Notes under the pieces: model-generated
What the model was told of the DNA's origin: nothing
The model's database searches: none
What the model saw: only the letters and a program-made list of their open reading frames with translations
Position numbers and translations under genes: made by a program
Shown here: positions 57,254 through 64,000 of the stretch, piece after piece
Layout: each line of letters starts with the position of its first letter
Position numbering within the stretch: the first letter of the stretch is position 1
DNA from: an uncultured Actinomycetota bacterium
GTDB taxonomy: Bacteria; Actinomycetota; Actinomycetes; Mycobacteriales; Jatrophihabitantaceae
Assembly (NCBI GenBank): GCA_963839995.1
Contig: CAWIXH010000011.1
Span: 6,152 to 70,151, forward strand
DNA: 64,000 nucleotides
Reading direction: 5' to 3'

Positions 57254-57849
57254 TTGTCCGTCACCGTTGGGATACTCCCGGTCGTGGCTGACATCGATCC
57301 GCGGCGGATGTATGACCACGCGGTGGTCTGGGCTCACGAGCTCATGGCGCAGGTGGCGCACCGTGACCTGGAGCGCGCCACGCCATGTCCGGACTTCACG
57401 GTCCGGATGTTGATGGGGCATCTCATTGGCACTGCCGAACGGGGTCTGGCAACGGCCGAGGGCAGGCCACCGGCCTGATCCCGCATGTGATCACCGACGT
57501 ACCCGACGATGAGCTCGCCTCTTGTTACGGCGCGCTCGGCCGACACCTACAGGCGGCGTGGTCGCAGCTCGACCCGGGACAGGCGGTACAGGCACCGTGG
57601 GGCACAACGACGGCGGACCGCGCGGCGTGGGGGTTCGCGACCGAGACCCTGGTCCACGGCTGGGATCTCGCCATCGCGACCGGTCAGCACAGCGAGGCCC
57701 ACCCAGGACTGGTGCAGCCCGTGCTTGACCAGGCGAGGACCACGGTGCCGGCGCTCGGGCGCAAGCCGTCTTACGGCAGTGTCGTCACCAGCAGGCCCGG
57801 AGCACGCGCAACCGAGCGGCTGGCGAACTGGCTCGGCCACCGGCGCTGA
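57254..57849 (+). pseudogene. DinB/maleylpyruvate-isomerase-like (TIGR03086-type) protein, frameshift near 57463-57472
   Basis: ...LERATPCPDFTVRMLMGHLIGTAERGLATAEGRP then (next frame) TGLIPHVITDVPDDELASCYGALGRHLQAAW...TETLVHGWDLAIATG. The start is uncertain. Confidence 0.6.
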
Positions 57850-58277
57850 GTGCGGCACCGGCCAAACGATGTCGCTTCCGCCACGCCGCTGTCGCGCACC
57901 CGGATCCGCTTGTGGTGATCGCTCGTTCCAAACTCGCGGCCGATGCGGGCTACCGGGGACGCTGCCGCGATCGGGGGCGCCGGCGGACGCACACGACGTG
58001 TTCTTGATGGACGGGTAGGTCCTCTCCCCGTCGGTGGCCGTGTCGGGGATCGAAGCTGGGCCGTGCTTTCACTGGTGCGAGCGGCGCCGGTGCGTGCAGC
58101 GGCCTGGACGAGGCAACCGCCCGGCCATCGGGTCGTTGGCTCGGAGTTGGGCAGGTGCGAGCGCGGCGGCACGGGGCGAGTGTGGCGGCATCATCGCATG
58201 AGCGGGGTCAGGCGGCAGCGTCGGCGCGCCAGCCGCTGCGTCGCTGTGAAGGCAGCACGGGTTGACATTAGCCCGGG

Positions 58278-58973
58278 TCAGCGGGTGTGGATGTGGTAGC
58301 GGTGTTCGGGTCGCCCGGTCGTGCCGTACCGCAGCTGCAACTGCACTACACCGTGCCGCTGCAGGTAGTTCAGATACCGCTGCGCCGTCGCGCGGCTTAC
58401 GCCGACCTGCTCGGAGACCTCGGCGGCGGAGATGTCGACGTCGCTGGCCCGCACCGCTTCGCGGACCAGCTCGAGCGTCAGCGCCGAGTGTCCCTTGGAT
58501 GGGCGGGCGGTGTCGATGGCCGGGGTCCGCAAGAGTTCGAATAGCTCATCGACGTCGGCTTGTTCGGGTGCGCCGTGGAGCCTGTCGATGCGGCGCCGTA
58601 GCCGCTGATAGGCCCGCAGTCGTTCCGCGAGCACTTGGTACCTGAACGGCTTGACAAGGTAGTGCACCGCGCCGAGGTGCATCGCGGCGCGCACCGCGTC
58701 GAGTTCTCGGGCGGCAGAGATGACGATCACGTCCGGTGGCCGCGGCTGTTCCCGCAGACTGCGCACTACGTCCAGGCCGTCGCCGTCGGGGAGGTAGATG
58801 TCCATCAGCACCAGGTCGGGGTGCAGCCGGGCAGCCTGACGACGGGCTTCGGCGGCGGTCTGCGCCTGCCCGACGACGACGAAGCCCTCGGTCCGCTCCA
58901 CGTATGCGGCGTGGATGCCCGCAACGTGATAGTCGTCATCGACGATCAGCACGCGGATCTGTGGCGCGGTCAT
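58278..58973 (-). CDS. CitB/DcuR-type response regulator
   Basis: Receiver domain RVLIVDDDYHVAGIHAAYV...DLVLMDIYLPDGDG...ISAARE plus a C-terminal HTH (VSEQVGVSRATAQRYLNYL). Confidence 0.85.
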   Translation of the reverse strand: MTAPQIRVLIVDDDYHVAGIHAAYVERTEGFVVVGQAQTAAEARRQAARLHPDLVLMDIYLPDGDGLDVVRSLREQPRPPDVIVISAARELDAVRAAMHLGAVHYLVKPFRYQVLAERLRAYQRLRRRIDRLHGAPEQADVDELFELLRTPAIDTARPSKGHSALTLELVREAVRASDVDISAAEVSEQVGVSRATAQRYLNYLQRHGVVQLQLRYGTTGRPEHRYHIHTR

Positions 58974-60601
58974 CGCGCCGCCACGCTCGCCCTAGGCACG
59001 ACCGGCGGATCGGATTCCCCGTTCGGGATGATGACCGAGAACCTCGCCCCGGTTCCCTCAACCGGCCCGCTGACCTCCACCGAGCCGTGCGATCGGGTCA
59101 CTAACCGGTGTACCAGGGCCAGCCCGAGGCCCCGCAGCCGGCTGCCGGGCCGGGACTTGGTGGTGTATCCGTCGAGGAATATCCGCGGCACCAGCTCGGC
59201 CGGCACACCCGGGCCGTTGTCCGTGACCACGACCGTGATCGCGTCGTCGTCCTCGATGATCTCTACGGTGACTCGCCTGGGCGGCGCGTGCCCGGCGAGG
59301 GCCTCGATGGCGTTGTCGACAAGGTTCCCGACGATGGTGGTCAGCACCTGCACCTTGTCCGGCGACTCGCTCAGCCAGGTGTCGGGCGAGATCTCCAGCT
59401 GGATCCCCCGCTCACTCGCCTCCGCTGCCTTGCCCAGCAGCAGCCCCACGATTTGCGGGGCGGCGATACGGGTGCGGAGCGTGTTGTCGAACTCGGCGGC
59501 GGTGCCCTGGATCTCGGTGAGGTAGCTCAGTGCCTGCTGGTGACGGCCGAGCTCCAACAGCCCGGCGACGGCGTGCATCCGGTTGGCGAACTCGTGTTGC
59601 TGCGCGCGCAGCGACTCGGTCAAGCCCCGCTCGCCGTGCAACTCGCGTAGCAGCGCGGCCAGCTCGGTACGGTCGCGGAGTGTGACGACGGCGCCGTGCG
59701 GACGGCCGGCGAGAGTGACGGGCATCCGGTTGACGACGAGGGCGAAGTCGTCGGTGAGCACCAGGTCGTCCGGTGTGGTCCCGGTGCCATCCAGCACATC
59801 CCGCAGCCGTCCCGGCGGGAGCAGTTCGGTCAGGGTATGGCCGATCGCGCGGACGTCGAGGCTGAGGAGGCGCTGCGCCTCGTCGTTCACCATCGACACC
59901 CGCCCGGAGGTGTCGAATGCGATAACCCCCTCGCGGATACCGTGCAAGGTTGCCTCGCGCTCTTGCAGCAGCAGGGCTATCTCGTCCAGCTCCAAGCCGA
60001 AGGTTCGCCGCTTGAGACGCCGCGCCAGGGCCCACGAGGCGACGGCACCGAGGCCAAGCGCGATACCGAACCAGGCCGCATAGGAGGGGATCTCATGCCA
60101 CAACGCGCTGGACACCGAGCTCTCCCGAAGCCCCACCGACACTTCGCCGACCATGGTGCCATCCGGCCCGTACAGGGGCGCCCTGCCGTTGGCCGAGCGG
60201 CCGGTGCTGCCGTTGTCGATACCGACGTGGACACGCCCGTCGGCCACCACAATGGGCTCGGCGACCTGTTGCCCGACCAGAGCCGGGTTGGGGTGTGAGT
60301 GCCGCACCCGGTTCATGTCGATGATGACGACGTAGGACGCGCCGGTGTTCTGCTCGATAGTCGTCGCGATGTCCTGGATGGTCGCTGCGCAGCCGGCAGC
60401 CTGATGTGCCATGCAGCTTCGGATCGCCGGGACATCGGCCGTGGTCTCGGCGATGTTGGCGGCGCGGGCCTCGTACTGGCTGTCCAGATGGGCGCGTTCC
60501 TGTCGGACGAACAGGACGAACCCCACGAGAATCGTCGACGTCAAGATGGCCAGCTGAGCGACGAAGATTTGGCTGGAGAGTCGGCGCATACGATTCCGCA
60601 T
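58970..60601 (-). CDS. CitA/DcuS-type sensor histidine kinase
   Basis: Two TM segments flank a periplasmic domain. LRAQQHEFANRMHAVAGLLELG (phospho-acceptor His) and the HATPase motifs (VGNLVDNAIEA, DNGPGVP, GLGLALV). 4-nt overlap with the regulator gene. Confidence 0.85.
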   Translation of the reverse strand: MRNRMRRLSSQIFVAQLAILTSTILVGFVLFVRQERAHLDSQYEARAANIAETTADVPAIRSCMAHQAAGCAATIQDIATTIEQNTGASYVVIIDMNRVRHSHPNPALVGQQVAEPIVVADGRVHVGIDNGSTGRSANGRAPLYGPDGTMVGEVSVGLRESSVSSALWHEIPSYAAWFGIALGLGAVASWALARRLKRRTFGLELDEIALLLQEREATLHGIREGVIAFDTSGRVSMVNDEAQRLLSLDVRAIGHTLTELLPPGRLRDVLDGTGTTPDDLVLTDDFALVVNRMPVTLAGRPHGAVVTLRDRTELAALLRELHGERGLTESLRAQQHEFANRMHAVAGLLELGRHQQALSYLTEIQGTAAEFDNTLRTRIAAPQIVGLLLGKAAEASERGIQLEISPDTWLSESPDKVQVLTTIVGNLVDNAIEALAGHAPPRRVTVEIIEDDDAITVVVTDNGPGVPAELVPRIFLDGYTTKSRPGSRLRGLGLALVHRLVTRSHGSVEVSGPVEGTGARFSVIIPNGESDPPVVPRASVAAR

Positions 60602-60867
60602 CGCGGCCCATTGTGACCCGCGCGCATTTGCCCGAACAAGGCGTCATCGCGTCGAGCCGCGAAATGCCCGCACGTGTCGTTGATGACTCATCCATGACGC
60701 CCGGCCGGTGCCGTGCGCAGAACGAGCAAATCCGCAAGTTACGCGGTCAAGGCGCGATGTCTCCCAAACCGCGACGCAACACGGCCGGGGTGTCTACAGT
60801 CTGCTCCCACCAGTGACCGGTGCCACCGAGCGCGGTGTCTGGTGCAACCGAGAGGAACGGGAGCGGC

Positions 60868-61725
60868 ATGGCCGAGAGTGCACCGCACCGGGACGCCGCG
60901 CCGCCGGCCCAGCCAGCCACGGACCCAGCGAAGATCGAGATAACGCACCTGACCAAACGATTCATGACACGCTCGGGCGAGCCGTTCACCGCCATCCGCG
61001 ATGTCACGCTCACCGTCGAGCCCGGTCAGTTCTGCGCGATCGTCGGACCGACCGGTTGCGGCAAGTCCACGACCCTTAGCCAGGTTTCCGGCCTCGATCG
61101 GCCCAGCGCCGGCTCGGTGCAGGTCGGCGGCCGCGAGGTGAACGGCATCACCCAGGGCGTCAGTTTCATGTTCCAAGCCGACGCCCTGTTTCCATGGAAG
61201 AGCGTGCTGGGCAACGTGATGATCGGCCCCACCCTGAACGGGATGTCCCGCAAGAACGCCGTCGCGTTGGCCCGCGACTGGCTTCGGCGGGTTGGCCTGG
61301 CTGGCTTCGAGGACCGCTACCCGCACCAACTCTCCGGCGGCATGCGCAAGCGCGTAGCGATGGCCGCCGCCCTCATCAACTCTCCGCGGATCCTGCTCAT
61401 GGACGAACCCTTCGGAGCTCTGGATGTGCAGACCAAGGAGATCATGCAGACCGAGCTGCTGGGACTGTGGGAGCAGCTGCGCCCGTCGGTGTTGTTCATC
61501 ACCCACGACCTGGACGAGGCAGTGGCCCTGTCCGACCGGGTGCTCATCATGACCAGCAGCCCCGGCTCGATCAAACACGGCTTCGACATCGACTTGCCCC
61601 GGCCGCGCGGCGAGGTGCAAGCCATTCGCCACGAGCGGCGATTCCTCGAGCTGCAGGACCAGATCTGGGCTTCCCTCAAGGACGAGGTCGAACGCGCCTA
61701 CGCGCGCACAGCAGGTGCCGCATGA
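60868..61725 (+). CDS. ABC transporter ATP-binding protein (NitT/TauT family)
   Basis: GPTGCGKST, LSGGMRKRVAMAAAL, LLMDEPFGALD. Confidence 0.85.
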   Translation: MAESAPHRDAAPPAQPATDPAKIEITHLTKRFMTRSGEPFTAIRDVTLTVEPGQFCAIVGPTGCGKSTTLSQVSGLDRPSAGSVQVGGREVNGITQGVSFMFQADALFPWKSVLGNVMIGPTLNGMSRKNAVALARDWLRRVGLAGFEDRYPHQLSGGMRKRVAMAAALINSPRILLMDEPFGALDVQTKEIMQTELLGLWEQLRPSVLFITHDLDEAVALSDRVLIMTSSPGSIKHGFDIDLPRPRGEVQAIRHERRFLELQDQIWASLKDEVERAYARTAGAA

Positions 61726-62600
61726 GCACGCCCAACGCCCTGCTGGATCAGCCAACGCCGGTGGAGACGGAGGCGGGCATCAAGCAAGCCGCCCAGCGCG
61801 CCACACGCCGACGCAGGTTCTGGCTGTGGACCTCCCGGCTGGGCTTCGCCGTTTTCATCATCGGCGGCTGGCAACTGTGCACCACGATGAACTGGGTCGA
61901 CCCGTTCTTCTACGGCCAGCCCTCGCAGATCTGGAACTCGCTGGTGCACCTGTTCACCAAAGGCACCGAGTTCGGCTCTATCTGGGGTGACATCGGCACC
62001 ACCCTGAAGGAGGCGGTCTACGGGTTCTTCCTCGGCGCCACCGCCGGGGTCATCGTCGGGCTCCTGCTCGGGCAGAACCGTTTCCTCGCCGACGTCCTCG
62101 GGCCCTACATCAAAATCGTCAACGCCGTACCACGCATCATCCTCGGCTCGATCTTCCTGGTCGCCTTCGGCCTGGGCACCTTCCCGAAAGTGCTGCTGGC
62201 CGCGGTCCTGGTCTTCTTCATCGTCTTCTTCAACGCCTTCCAGGGCGTCCGCGAGGTCAATCCAAACCTGGTGGCGAACGTGAAGGTCCTCGGCGCGTCA
62301 CCTCTGCAGGTGGCCCGCCACGTCACCATCCCCTCTGCGCTGACCTGGATCATCGCCAGCCTGCACACCGCCTTCGGATTCGCCATCATCGGCGCACTCG
62401 TCGGCGAGGTGCTCGGCTCGCAGCGCGGAATCGGGCTGGTCATCACCCAGGCGCAGGGGCGCCTGGACCCGAACACCGTGTTCGCCGGGATGGCGATCAT
62501 GGCCGTCATCACGCTCGCCGCCGAATACCTCATCACCCTGCTGGAGAAGCGCGTGCTGTCCTGGCGTCCACCCAGCCAATCGGAGTCAGCAGGCATCTGA
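61722..62600 (+). CDS. ABC transporter permease (NitT/TauT family)
   Basis: The ATG overlaps the upstream stop. It has multiple TM segments and an EAA-like loop (NVKVLGASPLQVARHVTIPSAL). Confidence 0.85.
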   Translation: MSTPNALLDQPTPVETEAGIKQAAQRATRRRRFWLWTSRLGFAVFIIGGWQLCTTMNWVDPFFYGQPSQIWNSLVHLFTKGTEFGSIWGDIGTTLKEAVYGFFLGATAGVIVGLLLGQNRFLADVLGPYIKIVNAVPRIILGSIFLVAFGLGTFPKVLLAAVLVFFIVFFNAFQGVREVNPNLVANVKVLGASPLQVARHVTIPSALTWIIASLHTAFGFAIIGALVGEVLGSQRGIGLVITQAQGRLDPNTVFAGMAIMAVITLAAEYLITLLEKRVLSWRPPSQSESAGI

Positions 62601-62652
62601 GCCGCAGAGCGCCCTCCACCAGCAAGCCAACCAACCGGAAGGAATCCTGCAC

Positions 62653-63747
62653 ATGTTCAAACGCGCAATCGCAGTCGCGGCGGTCGGGGCCTTGGCCCTC
62701 GGCGCGGCGGCCTGCTCCAGCAGCAAGAAGTCCGGCAGTTCGTCGAGCGGGAGTTCCGGCAGTTCGTCCGTGCCCACCGTAAAGCTCATGGTCGGTGGAA
62801 TCGACAAACAGATCTACCTGCCATACCAGCTCGCGCAGAACCTCGGCTACTACAGCAAGTACGGCGTGAAGGTCCAGCTGTCCACCGAGGTCAACGGCGG
62901 CGTCGGGGCCGAAGACGCGATGGCCTCCGGGCAGGTCGACATGGCGGGCGCCTGGTACATCCACACGATCGACTTCCAGTCCAAGGGCAAGGATGTCGAG
63001 GATGTGGTCCAGCTCTCCGGCGCCCCGGGTGAGCGGGAAATGTGCGGCACCAACAGCGGCGTGCACTCCGCCGCCGACTTCAAGGGCAAGACCCTGGGCG
63101 TCACCGACCTCGGTTCGGGCACCGACGAACTGACCCAGTTCATGGCGGCGCAGAAGGGCATCTCGCGCAGTCAGTACCACACCCTCGCTGTCGGTGCGGG
63201 CGCGACCGCGATCGCCGCAATCCAGCGCGGCACCGCGCAGTGCGTGATGACCACGCAGCCGACCGTTGGTGCGCTCGAGACGAAGAAGCTCGCGTACCCG
63301 GCGATCGACCTCGCCACCACCCAGGGCGCGCAGGCCGCGCTCGGCGGCGCATGGCCGGCGGCCGGTGTGCTCGCCCAGACGAGCTGGGTGAACAGTCACA
63401 AGGACACCGTGCAGAAGGTCGTCGATGCGCTGGTGGCCACCATGCACTGGATCAACACCCACACGGCGACAGACATCGCCAACGCGCTGCCGGCGGACTT
63501 CGTGCAGAACAGCACCATCAGCAAAGAGCAGTACATCGCCGGCCTGACCACCGACAAGGGACAGTTCCTTCCCGACGGCATCATGCCGGCCGGAGGCCCG
63601 AAGACCGTCTACGCGATGCAGAAAGTCATCGGCACGGATGTCTCCAAGGTGACCCTCGCGAACACCTTCACGAACGACTTCGCGACGCAGGCGAACCACA
63701 CCGAGGGATTCAGCATGACGACTGCGCCAGCCGGCGCCGACGGATGA
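62653..63747 (+). CDS. ABC substrate-binding lipoprotein (NMT1/THI5-like)
   Basis: Lipobox ALGAAAC followed by a Ser/Gly linker, then a periplasmic binding fold. Confidence 0.8.
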   Translation: MFKRAIAVAAVGALALGAAACSSSKKSGSSSSGSSGSSSVPTVKLMVGGIDKQIYLPYQLAQNLGYYSKYGVKVQLSTEVNGGVGAEDAMASGQVDMAGAWYIHTIDFQSKGKDVEDVVQLSGAPGEREMCGTNSGVHSAADFKGKTLGVTDLGSGTDELTQFMAAQKGISRSQYHTLAVGAGATAIAAIQRGTAQCVMTTQPTVGALETKKLAYPAIDLATTQGAQAALGGAWPAAGVLAQTSWVNSHKDTVQKVVDALVATMHWINTHTATDIANALPADFVQNSTISKEQYIAGLTTDKGQFLPDGIMPAGGPKTVYAMQKVIGTDVSKVTLANTFTNDFATQANHTEGFSMTTAPAGADG

Positions 63748-63790
63748 GGTAGCCGAGCACCGCGATCGCACAACCGCGATCGACCGAACG

Positions 63791-63828
63791 CCACGGGCGG
63801 CTGCGCGCACGCGCACAGCCGCCCGTGG
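63791..63828 (+). terminator. Hairpin downstream of the ABC operon
   Basis: ccacgggcggctg (63791-63803) pairs perfectly with cagccgcccgtgg (63816-63828), with a 12-nt loop. No U-tract. Confidence 0.5.
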
Positions 63829-64000
63829 GCACATCGGTAGCAGGTTCAGACCGCACCCTCCCCAGCATCTTGCACCCCGCACCCGGCCCGATCACCAACA
63901 TCGCGGCTCCCTGGGCCGCTGGTGTGGGACCGGACCTAGCCGGCGACGGCGCAGCCGAGCGCGGCGCGACGGAACAGCGCCCACCCGTTCGCCACCCGAT

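Noticed and set aside
60739-61755. A 338-codon minus-strand ORF opposite the ABC ATPase gene.
   Set aside because: It is antisense to a gene with full Walker A, signature and Walker B motifs, and it has no motifs of its own.

Overview
Very GC-rich, actinobacterial-type DNA (about 70% GC judged by eye, not computed). I saw no rRNA, tRNA or CRISPR. All calls come from reading the supplied translations and the nucleotides by eye; no searches were run.

Backbone. The edges are ordinary genes. At the 5' end: an MMPL transporter, a flavoprotein oxidoreductase, a VOC protein, a LacI regulator and a VapBC pair. At the 3' end: a second VapBC pair, a DHFR-like protein, a methyltransferase, a CitA/CitB-type two-component system and a NitT/TauT-type ABC transporter.

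Mobile-DNA mosaic. About 10.6-52 kb is nested mobile DNA and gene wreckage. It contains an IS110 and several transposase scraps. A recombinase-in-trio (RIT) element (13271-20784, 106-bp terminal inverted repeats) has split an ERCC4/Lsr2-type gene. A group II intron lies at 22803-24837. An IS1182-family element carries an IS256-family insertion with an 8-bp duplication, and there is a second, truncated IS256 copy. A type III restriction-modification pair is decayed.

Main result. A 4,106-bp three-gene element (tyrosine integrase, HTH protein, 815-aa zinc-ribbon-rich integrase-like protein) is present as two inverted copies (16410-20515 and 28237-32342) that are identical in every supplied overlapping ORF translation. 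A diverged partial third copy lies at 32343-33536. All three left ends sit exactly one codon after the catalytic-tyrosine codon of a tyrosine-recombinase gene: RitC, the sister element's own integrase, and a Tn554 TnpB-like gene. The element therefore appears to use the active-site motif of other recombinases as its attachment site, and the result here is a three-deep nest.

Quality caveat. At least 15 genes carry frameshifts, in-frame stops or internal deletions. This is either real genome decay or, for the indels at short G/C runs, sequence error.
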